DNA from: a virus
Taxonomy: Duplodnaviria > Caudoviricetes
Virus record (IMG/VR): IMGVR_UViG_3300020264_000005
Span: 1-64,000 of that record
DNA length: 64,000 bases
Reading direction: 5' to 3' (one strand)
Both the position numbers and the translations under genes were made by a program. How positions within the stretch are numbered: position 1 is the first letter of the stretch; each line of letters starts with the position of its first letter. Of this stretch, positions 30,479 through 38,601 are shown one piece after another. The notes under the pieces were generated by a model, which was not told the origin of the DNA, did no database searches, and worked only from the letters and a program-made list of their open reading frames with translations.

Positions 30479-31032
30479 TGTATCACACTGCGAGTGAAAT
30501 ACTATTGCCACCCAACATGGTTGACTATCTTGACACCAACTCAAAGTTTGGTGATGCATTGATAGTCAGAGATGGTGTAGTGCAGGCATCAACAGTTCGC
30601 TCGACACGTGTATGTTTACGTGATGATAATGATTGGGTAGCACAGTTCTGTAGACACCATGTACAGGTCATCAACGAAGATGTGTACAAATTCCATTTGA
30701 ATGATGGATTTGACTCTGGTAAGTATCAGTATGCACACTACAACGTTGGTGACTACTACTCATGGCATCAGGATAACATCTGGAAACACAATCAGATATG
30801 GGATCGTAAACTATCATTCTCTCTTTTGTTGAATGATGACTACGATGGTGGATACTTCGAGTTTGTTGAACCAATCTATGGTGAAGAACTGACTTGGAAT
30901 ATCACACGTGTGCCCACAAAGGCAGGAACATTGATAGTATTCCCATCAATGATGGCACACAGAGTAACACCTGTCACCAACGGTACAAGGAAAAGCGTCG
31001 TTGGGTGGTGTGTGGGCAGACAGTTCGCGTAG
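30475..31032 (+). CDS. Prolyl-4-hydroxylase-like 2OG-Fe(II) oxygenase
   Basis: YSWHQD, RKLSFSLLLNDDYDGG, FPS.MAHRVTPVTNGTRKSVVGW. Confidence 0.9.
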   Translation: MMYHTASEILLPPNMVDYLDTNSKFGDALIVRDGVVQASTVRSTRVCLRDDNDWVAQFCRHHVQVINEDVYKFHLNDGFDSGKYQYAHYNVGDYYSWHQDNIWKHNQIWDRKLSFSLLLNDDYDGGYFEFVEPIYGEELTWNITRVPTKAGTLIVFPSMMAHRVTPVTNGTRKSVVGWCVGRQFA

Positions 31033-31073
31033 TGTCCACAATTGTGGCACAGCACCCCCAAACCGTGTATATT
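31017..31073 (+). promoter_or_regulatory. Early promoter cassette, copy 1
   Basis: CAGACA-N10-TGTCCAC; right arm starts 35 nt before TATATT. Confidence 0.7.
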
Positions 31074-31096
31074 AAGAGAGTCAAAGCAAGGCACCC

Positions 31097-31333
31097 ATGC
31101 AACTCTTCACTTCCGCCACCAAGATCGACTACTATCCTGTCGGCACTGGCAAGCGTTTCGTTAAGAAAGTCGTCTGGCATCCTGGCTCTGAGTCTGAGAT
31201 GGTCTTCTTCTCCACTAAAGTCAAAACTGAGATGAAGTACGAAGTTGAGAACTACATTGCCAACGGTGCTGTAGTTACTGCCATCAACACTGAAGAGTAT
31301 CAGGGCAAGGATTACTCTCCCGCTGCCTGCTGA
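31097..31333 (+). CDS. Hypothetical early protein
   Basis: ORF directly downstream of cassette 1. Confidence 0.75.
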   Translation: MQLFTSATKIDYYPVGTGKRFVKKVVWHPGSESEMVFFSTKVKTEMKYEVENYIANGAVVTAINTEEYQGKDYSPAAC

Positions 31334-31416
31334 TCACACGTGGCTGCACAGGACTGGGAGACTGGTTCACAGCGTAAGACCACACCCCCTACAAACACAT
31401 TCATCGAGGATTACCC

Positions 31417-32103
31417 ATGGATCTTAACACTTTCAAGCAACAGTATGCCACGATCAAAGCACGTGGTTACATCAAAACCCATCGCAAAGGTAACACTGGC
31501 GTTGGTCACTCTCTCGAACAAGAACTAGGATTGACAGAGAACTGTATCTCTGGTCCTGATCTTGAAGGATATGAACTGAAAGCAGCACGTAAAGGTGCTG
31601 GTGGTAAGCAAACACTGTTCACCAAAGAGGGTGATTGGGTAGTACCCCAAAGAGATTATATTGAAACGTATGGTTTCCCTCACACCACAAAGCAAGGTGA
31701 GTTGAGTGGACAATCTACTGTAACTAAAACTGTCAACAAGCGTGGTCTCCAGATTGTTACCACTGATGACTATTGTGCTGTGTGTCATGGCAACGTTGTC
31801 ATCGTTATGTGGGACTGGGACACTCTGTTGAACGTGTTCGCAAACAAGTTCCCTGCATGTGTGAAGGTATTTGCTGATGTTGAGAAGCGTGATGGTGTGG
31901 AATACTTCCACTACAATGAAGCATACCGTCTCATCAGCACTGATAAGAACCTGTTCCGCACTGCAATAGAGAACGATGTGATCGCTATTGACATTCGTAT
32001 GCGTACACAGAAGAAAATTGGCAAATCTATTCGTAATCGTGGTACTGCATTCCGCATGAATCATGGTAGAATGGAAGAACTATTCATTAAAGAGGAACTT
32101 TGA
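31417..32103 (+). CDS. MvaI/BcnI-family PD-(D/E)xK restriction endonuclease
   Basis: GNTGVGHSLEQELGLTEN...GPD..GYELK..R...TLFTK and C-terminal RNRGTAFR; SD GAGGA. Confidence 0.8.
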   Translation: MDLNTFKQQYATIKARGYIKTHRKGNTGVGHSLEQELGLTENCISGPDLEGYELKAARKGAGGKQTLFTKEGDWVVPQRDYIETYGFPHTTKQGELSGQSTVTKTVNKRGLQIVTTDDYCAVCHGNVVIVMWDWDTLLNVFANKFPACVKVFADVEKRDGVEYFHYNEAYRLISTDKNLFRTAIENDVIAIDIRMRTQKKIGKSIRNRGTAFRMNHGRMEELFIKEEL

Positions 32104-32990
32104 AGGACACTATTCTGTATGGAGACTGTAGAGAGACGCTGCAACAGTTCGCAGCGTCTGGTGTACGCGCTCGTATGTGTGTGACATCACCACCATACTA
32201 CGGTCTCCGTGATTATGGCAATGAAGATGCTCAGATTGGTCTGGAAGAGTCACCCGAAGAGTTCATTCAACAATTAGTTGAAGTGTTTCGTGGAGTGCGC
32301 GATTGTCTCACTGATGATGGCACACTCTGGGTGAACATTGGTGATAGTTATTACAACTATCGATCTGGCAAGGGTCAGGCGCTGCCCAAGCAGTCTATGG
32401 CATCCAGCAATCAAGATCTGCCACAAATACGTAATCCACGTCGTGGCAACAAACTTAAGGGTCTTAAGGATAAAGATCTCATTGGTATTCCGTGGATGCT
32501 AGCATTTGCATTACGTGCTGATGGTTGGTATCTACGTCAGGATATTATTTGGAACAAACCAAATCCTATGCCTGAGAGTATGAAGGATCGCTGTACCAAA
32601 TCACATGAGTATGTCTTCCTCTTGAGTAAGAACCCACGATACTATTTTGACGTGGAGTCTATCAAAGAACCAACAGTTGATGGTTCTAAGATGAAGAGAA
32701 AGAAGAGTGTGTGGACAGTACAACCAAAACCATACAAGGGAGCACACTGTGCAGTGTATCCACGTGAATTGATTGAACCTGCCATCCTAGCAGGCAGTCA
32801 AGAGGGTGACATCATCCTTGATCCTTTCATGGGCAGTGGCACGACAGCAGCAGTTGCAAAATCGATGCAGAGGCACTATATTGGGTGTGAATTGCATCAG
32901 GACTATGCTGATCTGATTCACAAGCGGTTGGAAGAACTCCCTGAGACCCCTCCAGCAGCGTCCACAAGCGTCCTCAACCACTTATCATGA
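32100..32990 (+). CDS. Beta-class N4-cytosine/N6-adenine DNA methyltransferase
   Basis: Motif IV VTSPPY near the N terminus, motif I LDPFMGSGTT near the C terminus; TTG start overlapping the nuclease stop (TTGA); SD GAGGA. Confidence 0.92.
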   Translation: MKDTILYGDCRETLQQFAASGVRARMCVTSPPYYGLRDYGNEDAQIGLEESPEEFIQQLVEVFRGVRDCLTDDGTLWVNIGDSYYNYRSGKGQALPKQSMASSNQDLPQIRNPRRGNKLKGLKDKDLIGIPWMLAFALRADGWYLRQDIIWNKPNPMPESMKDRCTKSHEYVFLLSKNPRYYFDVESIKEPTVDGSKMKRKKSVWTVQPKPYKGAHCAVYPRELIEPAILAGSQEGDIILDPFMGSGTTAAVAKSMQRHYIGCELHQDYADLIHKRLEELPETPPAASTSVLNHLS

Positions 32991-33172
32991 CTGAGACTAC
33001 CAACGTACCACTAACCACCTCACAGATCCGTTTTCTGATGGACGTGCTGATGGGAGCATCATTGGGCATCACCAAACTCCATGCTATACAGAATAATGTC
33101 AACGACAGTGAGGTGTACAACCAGTTAGCAAGGTGTCTACCCAACCCACCAGACCCTACAGAGGACTGGTAA
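32987..33172 (+). CDS. Hypothetical protein
   Basis: ATGA-coupled ORF. Confidence 0.65.
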   Translation: MTETTNVPLTTSQIRFLMDVLMGASLGITKLHAIQNNVNDSEVYNQLARCLPNPPDPTEDW

Positions 33173-33175
33173 GAT
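33118..33175 (+). promoter_or_regulatory. Early promoter cassette, copy 2
   Basis: CAACCA-N10-TGTCTAC; 36 nt to TAAGAT. Confidence 0.6.
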
Positions 33176-33198
33176 TACAAAGTAATCGAGAGACACCC

Positions 33199-33357
33199 AT
33201 GACCACGATCTATCGGATCTCTGCCATCACTCCCGAAGAGGGTAACCACTGCTATGAGGTGCTGGATGAGCAAGAGGCACGTAAGATCCACTCTGATCTG
33301 ATGCAGCGTCAACTCAACGGTGACGGCACCCACTCTGTTAAAGTTCGCACAGTTTGA
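33199..33357 (+). CDS. Hypothetical early protein (52 aa)
   Basis: ATG33199, downstream of cassette 2. Confidence 0.65.
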   Translation: MTTIYRISAITPEEGNHCYEVLDEQEARKIHSDLMQRQLNGDGTHSVKVRTV

Positions 33358-33359
33358 TT

Positions 33360-33533
33360 ATGTTCACTAAAGAAGACAACGATTTCCTTGACTTTCTCTT
33401 CAGCAAACTCACTACACATGTAGACATGGAAGAGATTGATCTCCACGATGATGACACATGCTGTGATCATCTTGAACTCAAAGCGGCAGAACTTGAAATG
33501 ACTGTCGATGAAATGCTCCACGCTGACCTCTGA
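33360..33533 (+). CDS. Acidic hypothetical protein (57 aa, MFTKEDNDFLDFLF...), not in the ORF track
   Basis: Read by hand; fills the gap between its neighbours. Confidence 0.65.
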   Translation: MFTKEDNDFLDFLFSKLTTHVDMEEIDLHDDDTCCDHLELKAAELEMTVDEMLHADL

Positions 33534-33546
33534 TTTAACTAAAACA

Positions 33547-33678
33547 ATGAATGAAGTAATGCTCGACCGCTGGTTGCTCGAACAACTGGATGCCATGGAT
33601 GATGACATGGTAAGGCAGATTGAGAAGGACATGCCAACCGAGGAACTGTCACAGGAGGCATTGGAACTGCTCCCATAA
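33547..33678 (+). CDS. Acidic hypothetical protein (43 aa, MNEVMLDRWLLEQ...), not in the ORF track
   Basis: Read by hand. Confidence 0.6.
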   Translation: MNEVMLDRWLLEQLDAMDDDMVRQIEKDMPTEELSQEALELLP

Positions 33679-33688
33679 GCCCTATACT
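33631..33688 (+). promoter_or_regulatory. Early promoter cassette, copy 3
   Basis: ATGCCA-N10-TGTCAC; 36 nt to TATACT. Confidence 0.75.
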
Positions 33689-33714
33689 ATGTTCATCAGC
33701 AAGGGACACCACCC

Positions 33715-33966
33715 ATGACCACCACCATCGTCAAGCACTCCTTCTACAAGATCGAGATCGACACCGTGGATGCTCCACAGCAACCCATCGTGTACTTCCG
33801 TAAGGAAGGCAAGTGCAAGACTGCCAAGGGCATGGATCGTCAGCACAACCGCATCGTGAACGAGACTGTAGAGGCATGGCGTCCATTCTCCCAGCAGATC
33901 CGCCGCTACACCATCTCACGTGTGCCAGCTGACGTAGTGGTACGTGGGGACATCCGCAAGGCATGA
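33715..33966 (+). CDS. Hypothetical early protein
   Basis: ORF downstream of cassette 3. Confidence 0.75.
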   Translation: MTTTIVKHSFYKIEIDTVDAPQQPIVYFRKEGKCKTAKGMDRQHNRIVNETVEAWRPFSQQIRRYTISRVPADVVVRGDIRKA

Positions 33967-33979
33967 TCCTTGCTATACT
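33922..33979 (+). promoter_or_regulatory. Early promoter cassette, copy 4
   Basis: GTGCCA-N10-TGGTAC; 36 nt to TATACT. Confidence 0.75.
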
Positions 33980-34001
33980 AAGTTCATCAACACAAGACAC
34001 C

Positions 34002-34463
34002 ATGACCACCGCCACCTTCTCTGAATTCTGTGCCACTGCTGAAGCACGTGAGCAAATCGCTGCTAATGCTCTCAAGTATACTCAAATGCTCTGTGAAGCA
34101 CTAGAGCAAGACTTTGTTGAGACTAGCATCAAACGTGCTCAGTTCCTGATGCCTAGCAGTGACAATCCCAAATACTGGGAAGAGCGCATTGCTGAGTACA
34201 AAGCAGGCAAAGATGTGTACAAGTTCAGCATTGTGACTGGACGTAAGTATCACAAGATTGTTCAGACATGCTCTGATGGTAGTAAGTCTGTCCACGCATT
34301 TGTTGACAAGAACACTGGTGAACTGTACAAGGCAGCGTCTTGGAAAGCACCTGCTAAGGATGTTCGTTTCGATCTCCGTATCATCAAAGAGCGTGAGTTT
34401 GTTCTGGAGAACTGTGACTGGGCAGGCGGTTATCTCTACAAGAATGCATATTACGAGGGTTGA
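34002..34463 (+). CDS. Conserved phage hypothetical protein (SVHAFVD..TG..YKAASWKAPAK type)
   Basis: Recognisable widespread phage motif; start set at ATG34002, after the promoter. Confidence 0.8.
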   Translation: MTTATFSEFCATAEAREQIAANALKYTQMLCEALEQDFVETSIKRAQFLMPSSDNPKYWEERIAEYKAGKDVYKFSIVTGRKYHKIVQTCSDGSKSVHAFVDKNTGELYKAASWKAPAKDVRFDLRIIKEREFVLENCDWAGGYLYKNAYYEG

Positions 34464-34488
34464 CACCCTGCCCCATACATAGTACACT
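34460..34488 (+). promoter_or_regulatory. Sigma70-type promoter TTGACA-N17-TACACT
   Basis: Consensus -35 and spacing; no palindrome upstream. Confidence 0.7.
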
Positions 34489-34514
34489 ATAGTTTCACGC
34501 TTCTCTTCTCAATC

Positions 34515-34745
34515 ATGACTGCTCCAACTTTCTATATCGTTGCTGATGGCAATGCGTATGCGATGGATGATGATGGTTATATGTTCGGCGCACCAGTATT
34601 TGAAGATAACACAGTAGACTGGGAATGTTCTTACGAGTTCACTCCTGACGAAGAAGATGTAGAGTATGTTGCACATATGTGTAAGATGCTCCAAGATGTA
34701 AAAGCACTCACCACTGAACACACCCAAGAGGTATTCATCAAATGA
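34515..34745 (+). CDS. Acidic hypothetical protein
   Basis: ORF after the promoter. Confidence 0.75.
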   Translation: MTAPTFYIVADGNAYAMDDDGYMFGAPVFEDNTVDWECSYEFTPDEEDVEYVAHMCKMLQDVKALTTEHTQEVFIK

Positions 34746-34990
34746 ACATGCTTCAAGAGCATATCCGCGAGTACATCAATCCATTCCCTAATAGATACAC
34801 TCGTGGAGATTGGGAAGTGCGCGTCTTGCCGCACGAAGATTTAGATGATGAGGGTATTGAGAAGTATTGGCGCATGTTCAAGAAGTTTCCTAACGACTTC
34901 GCGGCAGCAGCAGTATCTCTCCTCCCTGATGATGTAGAATTCATCGAGTACGACCACCTTGCTAACGTTCTCTTCGCCAAAAAACTATGA
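34742..34990 (+). CDS. Hypothetical protein
   Basis: ATGA coupling, SD GAGGT. Confidence 0.75.
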   Translation: MNMLQEHIREYINPFPNRYTRGDWEVRVLPHEDLDDEGIEKYWRMFKKFPNDFAAAAVSLLPDDVEFIEYDHLANVLFAKKL

Positions 34991-35211
34991 GCAACTACAA
35001 CTTCACCACCGATCCTGAAACTACTGAGCGTATCAGTGCTCAACGTGATGACATTTATGAGTGGGCAGTAGACCGTTTCCGTTATCATATGTCCAATGAT
35101 GACATGGATAGCGCAATGGCACTTGCTGATGAGTTCTTTGAGTGGATGGATCCCAATCAACTAGAGCAAGAAGACACATTGTTTAGTAACTATGACCAAC
35201 TCAGAGAGTAA
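34987..35211 (+). CDS. Hypothetical protein
   Basis: ATGA coupling. Confidence 0.75.
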   Translation: MSNYNFTTDPETTERISAQRDDIYEWAVDRFRYHMSNDDMDSAMALADEFFEWMDPNQLEQEDTLFSNYDQLRE

Positions 35212-35353
35212 TTACGTAATCTCTGATGAGATGCGTGCTCTAATCATTGAATACATGACTGCATGTAACAATCAAGAGCACGCAAAAGCAGAGGGATTGC
35301 TACAACGAATCAAAGAACAAGGAGCAATTGATCATGAAGAACGTACTAATTAG
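35192..35353 (+). CDS. Hypothetical protein (53 aa, MTNSESNYVISDEM...), not in the ORF track
   Basis: Read by hand; fills the gap. Confidence 0.6.
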   Translation: MTNSESNYVISDEMRALIIEYMTACNNQEHAKAEGLLQRIKEQGAIDHEERTN

Positions 35354-36008
35354 TATGTTGATGGGTGCATCACTCACAACAGCAGGTATTGCACTTGCTG
35401 GTGAGGATAAGATCACCAAAGGTTATTACAGCATGGATGCCATGGGTTGTATGCTACTCAAAGAGTGTACAAAAGATGTAGAACGCATCTATTCATCTGG
35501 TGATCTTCGTGCAGCATATCCTGATGCAAATTGGGATGTAGTTGCTGATGAGTTTGACCAGATCATGGTTGCATTTGGACAGATTGGTGTACATGTACAT
35601 CTTGCTGATGAACGATACTTCCCAGTATCACATCGTGGTGTGTACCATACTGTATCCAATCATTTCTATCTCAATCGTGCATACATGTATCAACCACATG
35701 TATTGATGAGTGTTGTACGTCATGAAGGATGGCATGCTGCACAAGATTGTATGGCAGGCACTATTGAAAATAGTATGATTGCCATCATCAAACCAGAGGA
35801 AGATGTGCCACCTATCTGGCAAGAGTTAGTCAAGCGCACATATCCAAAGGCAGCACAACCATGGGAAGCAGAAGCGACATGGGCAGGAAAGACTGAGGAC
35901 ATGACCATGGAAGCACTAGAATCGTGTGCTAGGGGTACTATGTGGACAGATTATGATCCGACCCCACTCACTCGTCAATGGTTAGAGGAGAATGGATACA
36001 TCGAATAG
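35334..36008 (+). CDS. Exported protein with an HExxH metallopeptidase-like motif
   Basis: Signal peptide MKNVLISMLMGASLTTAGIALA; RHEGWHAAQDC and downstream EAEA. Confidence 0.75.
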   Translation: MKNVLISMLMGASLTTAGIALAGEDKITKGYYSMDAMGCMLLKECTKDVERIYSSGDLRAAYPDANWDVVADEFDQIMVAFGQIGVHVHLADERYFPVSHRGVYHTVSNHFYLNRAYMYQPHVLMSVVRHEGWHAAQDCMAGTIENSMIAIIKPEEDVPPIWQELVKRTYPKAAQPWEAEATWAGKTEDMTMEALESCARGTMWTDYDPTPLTRQWLEENGYIE

Positions 36009-36162
36009 GCACATTGTTACAGTACAACAGTGTACTGATAGTGATGATATGTTCATTGAAATCCCTGAGGAGATCACTACTGAACTAAACTGGAAAGATG
36101 GAGACACCATTGATTGGACACTTGATAATGATTGTATAACTATTACCAAAGTCAATGATTAA
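35992..36162 (+). CDS. AbrB/MazE/SpoVT-type DNA-binding microprotein (56 aa), not in the ORF track
   Basis: MFIEIPEEITTELNWKDGDTIDWTLDNDCITITKV fits the swapped-hairpin pattern; SD GAGGAG. Confidence 0.7.
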   Translation: MDTSNRHIVTVQQCTDSDDMFIEIPEEITTELNWKDGDTIDWTLDNDCITITKVND

Positions 36163-36442
36163 TTTCAACAACGATCCTAATGGCATCCAAATCACGTGGG
36201 ACGAAAAAGACCCAATCGAAAGCGTCTTCAACGACTGGTCAGAAGACGACTTCATCAACGCAATCCGCAAAGACTGCTTCTACACTCTCCAAGAATGTGG
36301 AGAACTTGAGTTCTGGGATCCGCAAAGAATCAACAAAGAACTCGACAAAGAAGACTACGACTACAACACCCGTCTCAAAGTCATCGCGCAAGAAGAAGCA
36401 GAAGGAAGAAGAAATAAAGGTAATGAACTCAAGGAAACTTGA
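36155..36442 (+). CDS. Hypothetical protein (I.WD..DP.ES.FN.W...DFI.AI)
   Basis: ORF with globular, acidic composition. Confidence 0.65.
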   Translation: MINFNNDPNGIQITWDEKDPIESVFNDWSEDDFINAIRKDCFYTLQECGELEFWDPQRINKELDKEDYDYNTRLKVIAQEEAEGRRNKGNELKET

Positions 36443-36590
36443 GTTATTCCCTCATCTTAATACTTTCCCTTATCACTTACATGATCTAACAGAAGATAAG
36501 AAGTGCTGGTTTCAATGTGAAGAACATGCTGCTAAGTACATCCGTCGTTATAACTGTAAGTACAAACTCTATCACTACACAGGCAAATGA
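36423..36590 (+). CDS. Hypothetical protein (KKCWFQCEEHA.KYI.RY); frame is open back to ATG36180
   Basis: C-terminal domain looks protein-like; start uncertain. Confidence 0.65.
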   Translation: MNSRKLELFPHLNTFPYHLHDLTEDKKCWFQCEEHAAKYIRRYNCKYKLYHYTGK

Positions 36591-36718
36591 CAGAAGAAGT
36601 AAAAGAACTTCTAAACAAAGCAGCAGAACAACTCAATGGACAACTCTCCATCACCTCAACCCTCAACAGTAGAGGAGAAGAAACCACACGTTACATCATT
36701 ACCGTCGCCCATACCTAA
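36587..36718 (+). CDS. Hypothetical protein (43 aa, MTEEVKELLNKAAEQLNG...), not in the ORF track
   Basis: ATGA coupling; read by hand. Confidence 0.55.
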   Translation: MTEEVKELLNKAAEQLNGQLSITSTLNSRGEETTRYIITVAHT

Positions 36719-36827
36719 TATCCTGTCACTAGTAGTATTATTCATACTAACACTACTAACAATATACGCAGGATACGTACATGGCAACATGCATCTCCTC
36801 ACGACATTGAAGAATGCAAGATCGTAA
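36636..36827 (+). CDS. Small membrane protein
   Basis: Transmembrane segment ILSLVVLFILTLLTIYAGY. Confidence 0.6.
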   Translation: MDNSPSPQPSTVEEKKPHVTSLPSPIPNILSLVVLFILTLLTIYAGYVHGNMHLLTTLKNARS

Positions 36828-37023
36828 TTTCTACACTCATGGTGGACTGCTCCCTATACAATCAGTTAACATACTTCGCCTAATCAGTGAACTAGAAGGA
36901 TCGTATCAACTACTCAAGTATCATGCATTTGATGATGACATGAATACTATTGATGAGATGAAGAAACGATACTACAAACTATACTTCAAGACAGCAAAGC
37001 AAGAACGTGAAAACCTTCACTGA
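36814..37023 (+). CDS. Hypothetical protein
   Basis: ORF within the operon. Confidence 0.7.
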   Translation: MQDRNFYTHGGLLPIQSVNILRLISELEGSYQLLKYHAFDDDMNTIDEMKKRYYKLYFKTAKQERENLH

Positions 37024-37228
37024 AACATCCACCCTACCATATGATAGACATTTCTATCAAGTTAAACTACCTAACCACCATGAATACGCATTCAACTCAT
37101 ACGAAGAACTTAAACACTGGTGGTGGACTACTAACCCTAAAGGAGCAGTAGTAGATGTCATCGATCACGCCTCTTTTCACAACTCTACTACAAACACTAA
37201 ACTATCCTCCCCCAAAGGATTTGCTTGA
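37007..37228 (+). CDS. Hypothetical protein (PYDRH.Y)
   Basis: GTG-start ORF. Confidence 0.65.
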   Translation: MKTFTETSTLPYDRHFYQVKLPNHHEYAFNSYEELKHWWWTTNPKGAVVDVIDHASFHNSTTNTKLSSPKGFA

Positions 37229-37721
37229 TTATGTACATGAACTAAACCCACTACTATCAGTAGAACGTTCAAATAGATTAGGTTATCAATCAAAATCACA
37301 TAAGATCACTCAATTAACACCTGTATTAGAATTCATCGACCAAAACGTATACACTAAAGAACTACGTCATGGTGAAGCATGGGTAAATATCAACCCAACA
37401 GGTGCATACAATGTATCACACATACATCCTAACTCTGATTACACATTCGTATACTACCTAACAGATGATAACTCAACCATCTATCTAACACACCCACACC
37501 TATACGAACAACATAATCATCTACTATCAGTACAACCAGAGGTAAGACAAACATACTCATTAGAGCATTATCATACAATATCACCCAATAAAGGTGACAT
37601 ACTAGTCTTCCCATCATACGTACCACACCATGTAGAAAGCAACAACAAATACACAGATAGAATATCAATCTCATGGAATAGTGATAGCACACGTGTACCA
37701 CGAGTTTGGAGGACTGTATAA
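37155..37721 (+). CDS. 2OG-Fe(II) oxygenase (TIGR02466-like)
   Basis: SNRLGYQS, WVNIN..GAYN..HIHP, FPSYVPHHV, DRISISWN. Confidence 0.88.
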   Translation: MSSITPLFTTLLQTLNYPPPKDLLDYVHELNPLLSVERSNRLGYQSKSHKITQLTPVLEFIDQNVYTKELRHGEAWVNINPTGAYNVSHIHPNSDYTFVYYLTDDNSTIYLTHPHLYEQHNHLLSVQPEVRQTYSLEHYHTISPNKGDILVFPSYVPHHVESNNKYTDRISISWNSDSTRVPRVWRTV

Positions 37722-37897
37722 CATACTACCGCGTCTGTCTATGACTACGTTCTTGAACCATTCTCCCCCCTTGGTGAACATTTTAATTAATCATTAAAAA
37801 AATATACCTAGTACGCTGTGTAGTAGCTCTGAAGTATCTCTAAAGGCACTCCAGAGACGTTGGCTTAGCACCCCAGCACTCGAAAGTCAACAAAGCA

Positions 37898-37957
37898 TGT
37901 GCCAGACCTCAAAGTGGCACAGCGCCCCCTCCAAAACCCTCAGAATCGCGTTATACT
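37898..37957 (+). promoter_or_regulatory. Early promoter cassette, copy 5 (perfect palindrome)
   Basis: TGTGCCA-N10-TGGCACA; 37 nt to TATACT. Confidence 0.8.
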
Positions 37958-38096
37958 ACATTCATGGATTCAGAGGACTTCTCAAAATCCTAAAAAGTCA
38001 AAAAAACGACTTTTTTAAAAACTTAAAAAACTGAGAAAGTTTAATTTCTTAAGTTTTTGCTTTTTTTCCTTTTTAAAACTTCTTATTTAACTCCAA

Positions 38097-38342
38097 ATGT
38101 CTAAAATGTATGACAATTTGATCAGTTCAGCTATTAAAAGCATTAATATCGTTGATAATAGTGTTAAAGTAGTGTATAATAGTAATAAAGACAAAGAATA
38201 TACATTTAACTGTAAAGAAATCGAAGAATTTGAACAAAACCTCTGTAAAGAGTTGATTTCAGTTGAAATGAAGACTGGAGGCAGTGTTGGTAAGTTTCTC
38301 CACAATCAAATTAAAGAGGGAGTTATTGTAGAATCTAAATAA
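38097..38342 (+). CDS. Hypothetical protein (SSAIKSI...Y.F...SVGKF, loosely KTSC-like)
   Basis: ORF after the AT-rich leader. Confidence 0.7.
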   Translation: MSKMYDNLISSAIKSINIVDNSVKVVYNSNKDKEYTFNCKEIEEFEQNLCKELISVEMKTGGSVGKFLHNQIKEGVIVESK

Positions 38343-38376
38343 TCGTTCATTAGTAGATATTAATATCAAAGAGATC

Positions 38377-38535
38377 ATGGGCAAACGTTCATCGAATGAT
38401 CGCAACAACAAGTACAATCAAATAGACGACGATTTTGAAGACTTTGGATACAATGTGAAGAATATTAGGAGGCAGACTAAAAAGAAGGTAACGAAATTCA
38501 AACGAGAAGTCAATGAGTATGATGACACTTATTGA
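38377..38535 (+). CDS. Charged hypothetical protein (52 aa, MGKRSSNDRNNKY...), not in the ORF track
   Basis: Read by hand; preceded by CTAAATA at 38335-38341. Confidence 0.65.
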   Translation: MGKRSSNDRNNKYNQIDDDFEDFGYNVKNIRRQTKKKVTKFKREVNEYDDTY

Positions 38536-38578
38536 ACTGTCCACATAATCCCCCATTCGTCCCGTTAGCGTGTATTGT
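38522..38578 (+). promoter_or_regulatory. Early promoter cassette, copy 6
   Basis: ATGACA-N10-TGTCCAC; 35 nt to TATTGT. Confidence 0.7.
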
Positions 38579-38601
38579 ATACACATTGACGGGATTTTTT
38601 C

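Noticed and set aside
31341-31400. TGGTTCAC half-site upstream of the nuclease gene
   Set aside because: No matching left arm and no -10 box at 35-37 nt
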